Origin: Owenia fusiformis
Lineage: Eukaryota
NCBI GenBank assembly: GCA_903813345.2
Contig: CAIIXF020000001.1
Location: 16,988,001 to 17,052,000, forward strand
Direction of reading: 5' to 3'
DNA: 64,000 nt
The translations under genes and the position numbers were made by a program. Under the pieces are notes generated by a model that was not told the origin of the DNA, ran no database searches, and worked only from the letters and a program-made list of their open reading frames with translations. Positions 26,401-40,450 of this stretch are shown here, piece by piece. Numbering within the stretch: position 1 is the first letter of the stretch; each line of letters opens with the position of its first letter.

Positions 26401-29400
26401 ATTGCAAGAACAGACTAGTGCCAAGACCAAATGGTGCCGACCAAATTACTTGGTGGCCATTTCAAATTTTTTTATAAAAAAGTATGATACTAATCTTGTT
26501 GATTAATCAAATATACATATATGTTCACAACTAAAATAAAATACAGTGTCAACATATGAGCAAATATCTAACAATTTGTTGATATTCTTTGAAACGATCA
26601 TGTTATGAAAATGACCACTTTTCTATGAGTGTATGCCTCAGATTTTCTCATTTTCTCACCAAAATTTCACAAGTAGTAGGAATTCTTTACAAGGTCAAAC
26701 ATAAGATAAATCACACTGCAATGATGTCTATTTATTACTCTCTCATATATAGCCATATAAATTATTGTATTCTTATCTGGGGAACAGCAACTAAAGCTGA
26801 GCTCTATTGTTTCAAATTCTGAAAGTACAAAAAACATTCTTAAGACTAATTACAAACAGTGTTAGAACAGACGATTCCTCTCTACAATTTAAGAAAATAA
26901 AGATACATGTACTTTAATAGGAGATATTCATAAGCTAAATGTTGGTATTTTTGTACTTAAATGTCTCAAACGACCTAAACAAGGGACACATTATAGATTC
27001 AATCTTAGAGCATGGGCTCTATCAGATTTAAATCAATTTAAATCCACATTTGGACAAAGGAGCATTAAATACATAGGACAAACAACATGGAATGAATTAC
27101 CTGAAAGTTTTAAACATCTGAATTCTAGAAATAAATTTAAGTCAGATTTGAAAAAGTATTACCTGGACAAGTATTAAATTGATCCGTATAACATTTAGCT
27201 ATATGTGCTTATATATATATGTATATTTCTTTCTCTTCTATTACTTTTCTCCTAAGTTTCTATCTTTTAAAACAGTTTTATATCTTGTCATCTTGATTAA
27301 TACAATCAATTAATAATTTCAATTAATATAATCATATGTAACTATATACACCCGCATGGGTGTCAGTTGCCTGTACACTGAACATTGATATAATTGATGA
27401 ATAAACAACTATGCAAACTGGAGGTGGATTCATCATCACAATGACTTACATTAAGTGTTATTGCTGAATTCATTATATAAATTGATGAATCACCTGAGTT
27501 AATTTGATATCTCTATTATGTTCTCCCAGGAAACCCCACTTCCCTCCGAGTTAATTAATTCACACCTTTTATTGGGAGTCTATGGAATCACCCACTCATC
27601 AGTTTTATTGTGGTCCATGCTGGTGGTTAACCTCAGTGGCGTAGCATAGGTATTTTGACACAGATCTGCAATGATGTCTATTTATTAAAGGGTGATCCAG
27701 GTCAAACATACAGTTTAAATGCGTAATGATAGTCTTTCGTCCATTGACCCATATGTTCACAGTTTGATTTGCACAGATTATCATCATTGTGATGAGAGCA
27801 GAATAATAGCATTTGAAACAGGCCATTTCCTGCCACAATGCTTTAACTATAGCATTTAATTTTACAAATTGTAGAAAATGTGTTATTGATTACTCCTACC
27901 TAATAACATGATAATCAGAAATTTAATCCTGTTCATTATATATACAACTTGTATAGTCATCACAATTGCAAGCAGGCTTAAACTAAATGATGGCATTGTG
28001 GGATCCACAGCCTTTACTATCCTTTTGGAATAGTTCAGAAAAGCGTTAGGTAAAGAGGGACTCTGATAAATCAGAATGAAATGGTGGCTATTTTACTCTT
28101 TACAGTGTGATATATATATATATTTCTTTATTGCGACCATAATTGATCATCATAATATACATTATTTTATGTTAACATATATACAAACATTAAGGTGAAC
28201 AATACAAGGTCGGGATGATATTTACAAAATGGCGTTTGTTCGATGTTGGTACATCGCATACAAAGTGTTAACAATAAATATACAGTCATCCTGCTCATCT
28301 GGAGCGAAGATAAAGGGCAATACGCCATCCCCATATTTGTCAATAAGGGGTTTTAATAATAATCGACGACTCTTAAGTTCAGAACAATCCTTTATAAAAT
28401 GAATTAATGTTTCACACTCTCCACATAAAGGACACAATTTATTTTCTTTAGCTTCTGCATACCCAATGGCTTCCCCCACCAGAAGCCGTACCATAAACAG
28501 TGGCGTAGGAACAATATACGCCAAACGCCAGTGCGTAGTGTTGAAAAATGAAAATAAAAAAGGCTTATTAATTTTCCTATGTTCTTCAGTGGTATTTTCT
28601 CATTGTGCATAAGTTGTAAAAGTAATCTCAAGCACCCTAGCCTAAAAAATGTTTTTTTGGATACCATATATTATGCTCGATGCTTCAATAATACTCTTTT
28701 GCAAGGTTTTTGTGCCTCTTTTATGTTTCCAATTTGGGCACAGATAAATGACACTTTTTGAGAAATGAAACTATAATATTGAATAAGTTTTAAGATATTG
28801 AAAGTTGCCTTGTTCCTCAAACTGTAGAAAATGCAAAGTAATCATTATTGCTCTGTTTGGTAAATAATCTTTGAACAGATTGAATTCCCTTTTCAACATA
28901 AAAATCAAGACACTATTGACTATCTTATGAATTTTAAAAGTAAACTACAATTTCGCCAAATATTCGTGAGTCACGTTCTCTAATACGAATTTGAAAGAAG
29001 AAAGTTTTTTCTTCTACCTGATGACATGGATGAATGCCTTTGCAATTTTTTGCATGTTCCGAAATGCTTGGACAACATTTATCTATTTTCTTACCGAATC
29101 ACTTATCTTGAAATATGAATGTTTAAGACAAAAACAACTTGAAATTGTTGATTATTCAATTTCGCTTTCCATTGATTTCAATGAGTTTTGGCGAGACATC
29201 CTATCCTTGAAAGTCAATAAAGTACAATTTCAGTTTTGGAAAAGCTATTATCTGGATTTTATTTCATTTGAAAGATTATTATTTAAGGAAATATAGCATT
29301 TTTGGCACCCCCTAAGTCATGTTTACCTCGATTTGGCATTTTTGGAGAGGGGGATATTTGGTCTTGCGATTAAGTGTTATAAAAAGGTTGCAGACATTTG

Positions 29401-32400
29401 GGTTAATTGTATCATTGATCACGAATATGTTTCTCTAAATCGATTGATCATACTAGTTTCTCTAATCTGCATTGTCGTATTGCATGTGTACACGATGGAA
29501 TCAGACAATTATATCCATCTAAATTCAACTATTCAAAAATGGTTCAAATCTCTCAATGTTCAGGGTGTAACCAGTTTTTGATCAGGGAGGGGGGGATGCG
29601 ATCGCCAAAACAATTTCGGTTTTCATTCAGGGGGTTCCGATTGTGGCAACAACAAGCCAGAAATAAGATTTATTTGAATTTTACAAAATTGATTTCCTTC
29701 AAAATTGAGCTTGAAGCTTCAAATAAAAAGCATTTTAAAGCTCCGTTCTTCCCTTGATTTTATTTTAATTGGTTATGGGGGGATGCACCCATCGCACCCC
29801 CTTGGCTACGCCTATGATGTTATCTGGAAAGTCGTCTTAATCGTTCAAGAAAAATAACATTTACATTAGAAAAGTGACAATGATCGTGTCAAGATTTAAG
29901 AAAGATTTTCCATGGTGATTTTATATAATGAAAACATTCGAACATTTTAAGCACATTAGAAAGGTTTTGCCATAAATTACGTTTTTCAAGCATAAAATAG
30001 GCGTTTTGATAAAGAAGATTTGACACAATATGTTTCATCTTATGGCGTAGTGTTGAATTTAAACCTTCCTACGCCCCTGATATATAACTGTGTGTTCTTG
30101 TTTTTCAATTCAAGCTTTCACGATCCACTGCTCTCGAAGGAAAGGGTCATCCTAAGTTTACATGTGGGAGATGGAATCCACATCACAATTCCACACAAAT
30201 AGCAACAGCTAATGACACAGCTATTAAAGGCTGGGATCTACGCACCATGCAGTAAGTCAAGGGTGTTCATATATACTTGACATACATGTTAAATGTTTTA
30301 TCCAAATGTGAAGCGAGGGGACAACCTCCCATTGTACCAAGTAAAGATAAATTTTATTTTATTGGTCCACAACTTCACTAAATAACATCATATAGTCATT
30401 GCTGATTGGTCGAAAAATATTTATTGGTCATGTGCATTGACAAGAAACAAAATGGATGATTCATAATTTTGCACAAAATGAAAGTTGTGCACTGAAGAGG
30501 TAATGTCAAGGTCAACTATGAATTATGCTTGCTTTCCTTCTCATCTTTTGAATGCACATCAGGAGTTTCACAAGAATTTCTCACAACAGGCTAAATAAAT
30601 GAAAACAACAGGCAAAATTAATGGAAATCATAAATTTAACATGGAAAAGTTGAAAAGACCCTAAAAACAACAGGCCATTTTGTAAAACAACCGGTGAAAT
30701 CGCCTGTTGCCTGCTGCTAATGAAACCCCTGCACAATAGGCAACCTGTATTGTGTATTTCTATTTCTACATCATTTCATAGTATCATGCACACGCTTGAG
30801 TTTTAAGAAGATCTTTTTGTAATAAGCATTTTGAGTTTAAAGCAAGTCTGTATGTTATGAGTAAGTAGGGAAATGGAATTTGAAATTGAAATGCTTTTTA
30901 TATCCAGAAGGATATGAAGCTGATTAGTATATTGTATTGAATGTACAATGTATGTAATATTACTACTAATAAAAAATAAAATGTTATTTTGTTGAGGTAT
31001 GCAACGGATATTGAATATTATATGTTGATAATGAATGTAAATTGAAATTACAGTTTTAGTTAGTAAAACAAGTTATGAAGAAGATGATTATTTGAATGCT
31101 GTAATCAGACGAAATAAACCACTGCACTCAAATTACTAGTTCTGTCTCTCTAAATGCTCATTCTTAATACTTTCTTAATTAAACTCTAAATACACCTGCC
31201 CTTCCAGTCAAGTTTGTGGTTTATTTTCAGACAGGCATACCATATAGAGAATGCTCATAACCAAGTTGTAAGGGACTTGGATTTCAACCCCAATAAACAG
31301 TACTACCTAGCCACGTGTGGGGATGATTGTAAAGCCAAATTCTGGGACATACGTAATACAAGCCAACCTGTGAAGACTCTTTCAGACCACTCGCACTGGT
31401 TAGTATTATAGGTGTCATTGGATACCTGATTGTGTTCTGACCCTCGGAATTAGGCTCACAGAATATGGAACAAAAATTCAACATTACAGTTCAGTTCTTG
31501 AAAAAGAAAATCTATTTTTTCACAGCTTTTTGCCCTCAAATCGCCACAAAACAGCATTTTTCTTTCAAATTTCGCTACCAGATAGACCTAGACGTTCAAC
31601 TTACTGTGACTCAGTAAAAATAATCTAATTCGGTCTGAAACCAAATGTTTAGAAATGACCGTTCAAGTTTTTTTTGTTCCGTGACACCTCTAGTCTGTAG
31701 CAAAACATGAGGCAGATGAAGTAACTGCCTCGCCAATACATTGTAGAAAATAGTTAATTCAGTTGAAACTGTGAAAATGAAGTCCTATGATGGTAATGTT
31801 TTCCCTTTTACTCAAATTTGCCTCACCAGTTTAATTTTGCCTCACAAATATTTTTAGATTGTATCTCAGCTTTTGCTATTATATAGGGCTCAGAAAATAT
31901 TCAAGTAACACGAGGAGGAAGAACTGGATAGATTGTATTAAATACTTATTCATTTATTCAGTCTGAATTCCCTGATTATAAATCCTACTTGATTTGTATG
32001 AAATCATTCTGAAGTAAATTGCCATATTCTATTGAAATCAATGATATTGGTTTTTTTCTTCATCCTAGGTTCACACTAGTGGAACGTGGACCCATGGACC
32101 CTTGATAACCAATTACATATTTGAATACATAAAGGGTGTCCCAGAACTCATGAGAATAGTTGTAATCACGTGGCAATAAAATCAAAAATATATCAGCTAA
32201 ATGCTTGAAAACCAAGACACATGTTCCTCAACTTATAGGTTTATCCAATGAAGCAAGTTTCAAATAAATGGACCAATGCTGTATACCTCCCTCAGAAAAT
32301 TATCATGAGTTCTGGGACACCCTGTTGTATTCCATTTTCTGCAACGTCTTAATGATACTGGGGGTCATTAACAGAAACTTCATAAAGTTACGAATTCGTA

Positions 32401-35400
32401 AATCAATTGTTGTAACCATGGTAGAATGAGGTCACAGGAAGAGAACAACAATGGACTTTACAAATTCTTAACTTTATGAAGTTTCTGTTAATTGCCCCCT
32501 GGTTAACTTTTGGAAATTGTCGTTTCAGGATCTGGACAGTTCGTTATAATCATTTCCACGATCAACTTGTTCTCACCTCTAGTAGCGATAGTCGGGTGAA
32601 TTTAACGAGCACTATATCCATATCATCTGAACCATTTGGCCATCTGGTGGAGGATGATGACACTAATGAGGACAAAGATGATGAAAATGATGATCACAAT
32701 AAGTAAATATAACATTGATATTTTAGTTACATCAAATTTTGCTCTACCGGGTTGATTACTAGGGGTGAGACGACAACCCGATGAGTCGAGGACTCGCGGG
32801 TTTGGGGCTTCGAGTCGAGTCGAATTGAGTCGAAGTTGATGAATCGAATCATTTTCGAGTTGAGAAAAAAATTTGAAAAAATAAAAAAATTCAGAAAAAT
32901 ACTGTCAATATGCATGTTTTTACTCGATATTGCGTTGTATATATAAGTTTCAATGACTTGGATATGCTTGTATTAAATTATTATATTGTATGTACACATA
33001 AATGAAAGAATATATGTAATAAAATCAGAATAAACTTACGACGAATTGTGTTTGTTTATATTTCCGGCTTTCCACCATTGACGCATTAAAAATACGAACG
33101 GTCAAAAGCGATGTTGTTCGCACTTTCGCGACTTGAAACGGATTCGAAACTCGAATCGTCATTTTCTGACTCGAATCGGATTCGACTCGAATCGGATTTT
33201 TTCGACTCGTCTCACCCCTATTGATTACACATAAGATCAGTTAACAGAAACTATACTGAAGTTACTCGTCTTCTTTTACTTTTTTCAACACAGTATTATA
33301 ACTCTACAGGGGTTTCACTAGAATTTCTCACAAAAGGCTAAATAAATGAAAACAACAGGCAAAATTAATGGAAATCATAAATTTAACATGGAAAAGTTGA
33401 AATGTCCCTAAAAACAACAGGTGATTTTGTGAAAACAATCAGTGAAAATCGCCTGTTGCCTGCTGCTAATGAAACCCCTGCCCTATGATGTCATTGATAA
33501 ACTTTTTCTTGAAACACGTCCTAACTCTTGATATTAAAAGACAATTAATTCATGTACATTAGCAGTTTTTTCAAGCCTCCAGAATTACAGAAAAGAAGGC
33601 TTATGTCTATGTCTATTGATCGTGTATGTTACATATATTGAATTGAAAATGTTTTAGGGTTATTATTTAGGATGAGCAAGAATTACAACTATAAGCCTTT
33701 CAATGAGCCAAAACTAATTATTTCTTTGTTATATATTTCTTTTATTGACAAAAGTATCAAAGCATGACACATAAGCCTACGTGTATGTACGCACAAACTA
33801 AGAAACTAATCTTACTATACCTACAAACCATGAGATTCATGGATAAAATAAACTCTTCACATTGCTGTTACTACACTAAATATTTTTATGAATAAAAAAT
33901 TCTGTATACAAAAATTCACAATTAGCAAGTTAGGTAGTGATAACCAGCACTTAACCCATGCACGTCAGATCGAGGGAGTCAATATTCCTCAATTTTAGTG
34001 TTGATTTTACAGTAAGTTAAGTACAATATATAAAACTGTAATAGAAATATGATTTAATGTAAAAAAGGTTATACAGTTAGAGGGCAATAACAAAGCCAGA
34101 AATGTTGATATTTAAGAAACACATGTCAGCCATCTTGAAAATGACGGCCTTTACTCGCTATTTTATGACATTTGCTGTTACTTGAAAAGAAGTGGAGCGA
34201 TTTTGTTGATATTTGAAATTAGTGAAATTTTGAAAATGGCCGCCATTTTTATGTGTGTTATTTTATGTTTTTTTTTATTTTACTATACTTAAAAAAACAT
34301 GGAGCGATTTTGTTCATATTTGATATGTGAATACATTTAAGCATTGCACACTGTCTAATGACACTTTGGCTAGAAGGCGGCCATTTTGAAGTGGCCAGCA
34401 TTTTTACCTGTGTTATTTTACAATTTTTACAATAACTCAAAAGGTAATAGAGCAATTTTGTTCGTATTTGATACGTGAATACTCATAAGTATATTACACT
34501 TCCTTATGACAATTTGTCTGGTGAGCGACCATTTAATTCTTTGTGTGTTATTTAACGATTTTTGCTTTAAGTGAAAAAGTAGTACGATTTTGTAAAAATG
34601 GCAGCCATGGCTGTTCCATTGGATTTGCTATGCTTTGGCGCTGCGGTTATCTAGTCTTCCACTCTCCTTTATCCCAACATCAGGATTCTCTTGGTTCATC
34701 TTTCATTTCTTAATTCTGGGTTGTTCACCCTCTTTTTGAGCAACAACAACAACCAATATATTGTTTATTATCATGAACAATAACAAAATGATTCTGTTTT
34801 GCAATATTTTGATTTATTATGAAAATCTTTTATAAGCAACTGACCTGTACACCCCCACAAAGTATTAACTTGTTTTTAGCTAGTTCGTCGCAAAATAACA
34901 ACCCACTGTTGAGTTGTCTGAACTATAGCCTATTTCAAACTCCTACATTGTTGTCAACTTGCGCTGTTGGGCATGTGTATGTCTGTCTGTCTGTGCAAAT
35001 GGATGCCACATAAATTTTTTAACCAAAATTCCAGGAAAATCTGTTCAACTTGAAATTTTTAGAGATGCAATACCAAGCTGGTTGCAAGATCTGATTAAGT
35101 TTTGGGCTGGGTGATAAAAAACATGGTATTTATCTTGTTTTTAATATGGAAAGCCTTATAATTAAAGTTCAATACTTTAATTTATGATTTTTGCTTGCGA
35201 TGTTCTTGTATAACAGACTGTAATAATCGCAATATTTTTTCAGGTCCCGTGAACCAAGTGTAGATGGCATCATTGTAACATATGAGGAACACGAAGACAG
35301 CGTTTATGCAGTAGAATGGAGTACCGCTGATCCATGGCTCTTTGCCTCATTAAGTTACGATGGACGTCTTGTTATAAACAGAGTGCCGCGAGCTGAGAAG

Positions 35401-35418
35401 TATAAGATTCTCCTGTGA
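20461..35418 (+). CDS. EIPR1: EARP/GARP-interacting protein 1 (EIPR1/TSSC1), WD40 protein, complete with 9 coding exons
   Basis: Exons 20461-20502, 22111-22194, 23012-23144, 23488-23638, 24473-24572, 30115-30251, 31231-31398, 32529-32702 and 35244-35418, all GT-AG and phase-compatible. The translation begins [37 protein letters not shown] and ends [44 protein letters not shown], close to the recalled vertebrate EIPR1. Confidence 0.96.
24735..25188. mobile_element. TTAA-flanked Kolobok-like element nested in a Tc1-like MITE
   Basis: TTAA|AGGCACACT ... AGTGGGCCT|TTAA. The flanks rejoin to GTGTTCCACTTAA-AGAGGTTC, continuing the TACAGTAAAACC.. element that starts at ~24660. Confidence 0.6.
26650..27415 (+). 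mobile_element. 5'-truncated, degenerate LINE (L2/CR1-group) 3' end
   Basis: The translation [33 protein letters not shown] is typical of the post-RT region of L2/Crack/Daphne ORF2. It is frameshifted. Downstream are [26 protein letters not shown] and an AATAAA near 27400. Confidence 0.75.
28108..28497 (-). mobile_element. Truncated non-LTR retrotransposon 3' end with CCHC zinc knuckle
   Basis: [17 protein letters not shown] (CxxC-x7-H-x4-C), then a stop at 28222, AATAAA and a (TA)n tail on the minus strand. Confidence 0.7.
28498..30079. mobile_element. hAT-like non-autonomous element with nested MITE
   Basis: Termini CAGTGGCGTAGGAA ... TTCCTACGCCCCTG. No clean TSD. An internal CAGGGTGTAACCAG..TGGCTACGCCTATG element lies at ~29561-29816. 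Confidence 0.5.
30560..30732. mobile_element. Short hAT-like MITE, with a second copy at 33307-33480
   Basis: CAGG(A/G)GTTTCAC ... TAATGAAACCCCTG. Two highly similar copies lie in EIPR1 introns. Confidence 0.7.
32132..32324. mobile_element. Tc1/mariner-type MITE
   Basis: Inverted repeat AGGGTGTCCCAGAACTCATGA ... TCATGAGTTCTGGGACACCCT. Confidence 0.65.
32760..33220. mobile_element. hAT-superfamily MITE with perfect 8-bp TSD
   Basis: TIR TAGGGGTGAGACGA / TCGTCTCACCCCTA. TSD TTGATTAC at 32752-32759 and 33221-33228. TCGA-rich subterminal repeats. Confidence 0.9.
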
Positions 35419-36217
35419 GAGATTAATCAGACAATTGATTGATTCACATATGAGAAAAGCCGCAGTGCAATAGCTTTTACATTTAAGGTACACTCTAGGG
35501 TTTATGTCGTTATTAGCACCTGGAGTTAGAAAGCCATTATAAGTCCTTAGATAATGCATCCATCAAAACAGAGTAGCATAATTTGTCTACTTTGAAACAT
35601 TAATATGCCATTCTCTATCCACATGAGTGAGGTACCTTATATGAGACCAAGGACATTCCAATGCATTCTATATAGGATTGATGTAAATAGCAATGTAGAA
35701 AGATTTAATTATATGTAATAAATATATAAGAAAATTTAAGACCATAGTCATGGTTAAGTTGTAGTTGAAATGCTTTCCAATTTTTAAGAAAGGTATGCCT
35801 GCCATAATTATTTAGTTAAATAAGCATGTTGTTCAGTGAAATAATGGAATATTGAATACAGGGTGTCCACTTTATAAAAACGCCCCTCCCCCCCTTTAGC
35901 TTATTTATACCAACATCTCAGACTTGAATGTTATGTACCATTGTAAATTTCATCCAAAGTTATATTGAAATGGAAAATTTATTAAACAAGGAACGGATAA
36001 TACTCATCTATTAATATAAGAACTGTAAAACAATGATTTCAGTTTATTTTATTTCAAATTCTTAATATTCTTGAAGGTCAGGGTCATTATTTGTGCATAG
36101 GGAGTTTAAGCTTTCATTTAAAATCGAAAGGCCAACATATACGTATGACCAATCGCCCACACAAATGAGGTTGTGAAAAACATTGCAAGCTTAAACTCCC
36201 TAATGTCCTGCGCATGT

Positions 36218-36400
36218 GGAATGTCAAGGTCATCTGAAATGTCCAGCTCATCTGACATGAAAATGTCTTCTGAAATCAGAAAGTCAACTGAAATATCAGT
36301 CATTAAAAATGTCAGTGTCATCTGAAATGTCAAGGTCACCCAATGCCAAGGTCATCTGGAATGTCAAGGTCATCTCAAATACCAAGGTAATCTGAAATAC
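36218..36400. repeat. Degenerate ~18-bp minisatellite (AATGTCAAGGTCATCTGA)
   Basis: About 9-10 imperfect copies are visible. They account for the repetitive spurious ORFs here. Confidence 0.7.
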
Positions 36401-37295
36401 AAGTCTGTTTGGGTAGGTGAGGGTTGTTTTCTTTTTATTTTGATTCAAGCATGAACATAATTGTATTGAGCAATCGGGTTTATCTGTCACTACCGAAAAT
36501 GGGTGTTTGTGATGCCCCTTTGTAGTGTATTACTACTTTATGATGTCATCTGCAGGGTTCAATAAAAACATCGTCTGATTAATAGATATTACATTTTCCA
36601 GATTTTGATTAACACTTACTAATTGTTTGTGTCGTTTCATGTGTTTTTGTACCACATGCCTAGCTATTTTGAAAGGTCGTCCAACGGTAGACAGATCTGA
36701 CAGTGCTCCCCTAAACAGTCTAGAATATTGCACAAACAATTTTTTCATCCTTTAGCTTGATTCTTGGCACACGTATTCCAACAATGTTACCATGGTTACT
36801 AAAGTAAACCTCCAAAAACTATCAAATCAATAATAGGAATTGATTTAAACTCGTCTAAACTCACAATGTCATACTGACTCATACTATACTGGTGACCAAT
36901 TTAGTCACACATGTTTATTTTTGTACACAATAATTGCATTCGGTTCAGTAACAATGCTTTTTATTTTCCAAATTCATTAAACTGTTTGAGGTGACGTAAA
37001 AATCAATAGGCTATAGAAAATGAAACCACGGAATGAAAATTGACAAATACATTCAGATAACTGAAATGGGATGAGAATGACAATAATATAACTAATAAGA
37101 GCCAGGAAATTGGGACATGAATATAATTATTGTGATAATTCTGATTTCGTATTAGTTCTGATTTATTTTAAGAGCTTTTAGTCAAAGAAGATAATGACTA
37201 CATACCTGTGAAAGGATGGGGAGCAATTAGATACACTATTACAATGATTAATTTATAGCGATATGGAAAGTATTTACAGTAAGAGGAAAGTCATC

Positions 37296-39512
37296 ATGAG
37301 ATTATATCAGTTGAAAGGTAAAACTTAGTAAGGTATTCTCTCCTTAGAGGGAACTCAAAGATATATTAAAGTTGGAATCAGAAGTTGTCAGAGAGATGAC
37401 ATAGCATACTGATGTAACAGATTACATAGCGATCCACTGTCACATACATGTAGCATTCTTTGGTCACATACATAACCTGAGACGTAACATAGCTTACATA
37501 AATATATATATGGGAGTAACCAACCAATCTAGCCCGTAGCCAGGGGGGGGGGGGGGGTTGGGGGGTTCGGGTGAACCTTTCAAAATCTTTCAAAATCATG
37601 CAGTTTTTCACCATTCTGACTATTTTTTGAGTGTTTATTTTTGGCCAAATTTGCCAAAGTGAACCCCCTAGATTTTTTGGGAAAAGTGAACCCCCCCCCT
37701 TGGAAAATTCTGGCTACGGGCCTGCAATGATACCATTTCAAATAAAGTATCTCAAAACTGCAAAAATTCAAAATATGCAATATGATTGTGTCAGGGTATC
37801 CAACCACCTCGCCTGTTATTTCTTTATAACAACTACTACCAGCCAGTTTCTATGTTGTCTACTCCCTTTTTAAAGTCAGGGAAAATTGTATTGGAGTTGG
37901 ACAGACTAAATGCACATCCCAACTTTGAAAATCTGAAAATCTGATCATATTTGTCTTGTAAACAGATATACATTGATCCTTTCATAAGATACCATAATTT
38001 GAGATAAATTCTGTTTTTTAATTCGCATATGTTTTATTTCAGCTTACTTGATTTACCTAACGCCCCTTGTTTTGTCGATGGTGTTGCTTTTCCACGTAGC
38101 TGGAATATTTCAGATAAACATGCAGCGTCAGTTCAATCTAAAGCTTAGTGTTCCGGACTCTATGGACCATAAACTGAGAGCGCTAGAAGCAACGCGTATA
38201 AGAAAGGACATTAACAACGTCTCTAATAATAATATCACCTCTAGGGATATTATCATGTTGCATTGGACACAATTTCACGGAAGGCCATATCCGATGAGAC
38301 ATAATGAAGATTTACAGACTTGTTTTTACAAGAATTGCAAAATTGTGAGTGATAAGAGCCTATTCAACCAAAGTGATGTAGTTATATTTCACGTCCAGGA
38401 TCTACCCGAGCTGTTAAAGCACAAGCACCCTCTACCCACATACCATCCCCCGCATCAGAAGTGGCTCCTGATGACCCAAGAACCGAAAACTCGTTCTGGG
38501 ACTAGATTACCCCTGTTTAAATACCATTTAGATGGTCAAATAAACATAACCTCGAGTTATAGTTATGACGACGATATAACTATTCCATACGGTTGGACCG
38601 AACCCCTTCCCCGTCCAAACCAAACAGTCATAACACAGAAGATAATGGAAACTCGGACAATGTTAAAGCAGAAGAGGAAACTGATGGTTCAGCTGGTGAG
38701 CCACTGCAACACGTTCAGCCAGAGAGAGGACATGGTGAATGATATGAAGAAATACGTTAACGTGGACGTTTACGGGAAATGTGGGAGACCTTGTCGTGAT
38801 GACGACCGTTGCTTAGAAGATTTAGGTATGTATACATATGCAAGATGGTCACTGATCCAAGGGGTTAAATATTGACAAAACAAAAAAACACACAGGGCAG
38901 TTTAGGACCATTAAAACCACGCTTAGGTAGCAACACAATAGAATGAACCGTGTTTTATTTTTGGCCATTATTTTTTCCAATCCCCAAGACTCATTGTTTA
39001 TAATAATGATAAGCAATAATAAACAAATTATTCGCAATTTTGTCTTTCTAGGTCGTGTTTACAAATTCTACCTAGCGTTTGAAAATTCCGACTGTAAAGA
39101 CTACATTACCGAGAAGGTGTGGGAGAACGCTTTCAAAAACAACATGGTTCCAGTTATCTTTGGCGAGATGACAGATTTCAAACGACTATTACCACCAAAC
39201 TCCTACATAAATATTAACACGTTTAGCTCATTCAAGGAACTCTCTGAATATCTTAACATGTTGGATCAAAACAACGACAAATATGAAAAATATTTTGAAT
39301 GGAAATGGACAAATAACATTCGTTTAAGAACGAAGTCATTAACACTATGTATGATATGTGATTACGTCAATCGTAACTTAGGTGTAAATCAAATTGCTAA
39401 TTTGGACCACTGGTTTGATGTCTATCAACATTGCAAGGTATCCGATATTTCTGGACACAAAAACTGGACATTGACTTATCTACAGAATCACGATCATCCG
39501 TTTTCATCATGA
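37296..39512 (+). CDS. Alpha-(1,3)-fucosyltransferase, glycosyltransferase family 10
   Basis: Exons 38043-38825 and 39052-39512 (GT-AG, phase 1), plus a probable 22-nt first exon at 37296-37317 (MRLYQLK). Type II TM anchor. GT10 motifs SDVVIFH, QEP, VSHC, VDVYGKCG and YKFYLAFENSDCKDYITEKVWEN..VPVIFG. Confidence 0.9.
37531..37724. mobile_element. hAT-like poly-G MITE, with a second copy at 55979-56164
   Basis: (CAG)GCCCGTAGCCAG-Gn ... CTGGCTACGGGCCTG termini are shared by both copies. Confidence 0.75.
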
Positions 39513-40007
39513 TTCTATTACACAAGTTAAGGCTAGTATTTAGGTCATTTAGTCATTTACTTTGGATGCACCTCTTCTTACCTTAGCGTTATCAGACCAA
39601 TCGTCCGTAAAGCAGTGGAATATATTGAAATTATTAGGTTTGCATGTGGTTTCTCTTGAAGGCCAATGGTTTGAATAGTAGATACCTCAATCACATTTGA
39701 TCTACCGTCGTAGCTTCCCAAAATTGAGGAAAATATGCTGCATAAAATATAAGGATATGCAGTACGATATTTTCTATATCGATTTTGTGAAGCTATGGCC
39801 GCCGTTCGGTCGTCGTAGAGCAAATGTAACCGAGGCGTCTAGTATATAGAAATCTGTCCATCCAATCCGTTCCTTGTTCGGACGACAACGTGAATGGAGA
39901 TTTAAACACGATGTTCATTGACTTCTTGCATTCATTTGCATTGTGTTTTTAATTGAAACGGTAATGGTCAAGCTTTGTATCTCATATGCGCTGGACAGTA
40001 TCAGGCG

Positions 40008-40450
40008 AAGGTAACGGCCGTTACCGTCGCATTTAAGTAGATGGCGGACGGTAATTGTCAATTTCGATATTTTTAGTTTTCATCGACGTAAAATGCTTTG
40101 ATATTTAAACTAAATCAACCTTGTGCGACATGAAAACTCTGGAGTATGATAAATTATTCATAAATCGTGCGTGGGCCCCAGACTTCAACGATTTCTGTCA
40201 TTCACACTGTCATTTGTATAAACAAAATCCCAATCACCTTCCCTTCAGTGGTGGAAGATATAACTGTGGTACCTACGTATGGTTTATGAACAAATTATCA
40301 TACTCCAGAGTTTCCATGTCACATTAGCCTGATCTAGTTCAAATATCAAACTATACCAACTATAAATGAGTTTAATTCGATGAAAACTAAACATATCGAA
40401 ATCGACACTTTCCGTCCGCCATCTTTAATGCGAAGGTAACGGCCGTTACT
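40008..40450. mobile_element. Palindromic MITE-like element
   Basis: GGTAACGGCCGTTAC at both ends, with long imperfect inverted arms (ACTCTGGAGTATGATAA / TTATCATACTCCAGAGT). Confidence 0.6.
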
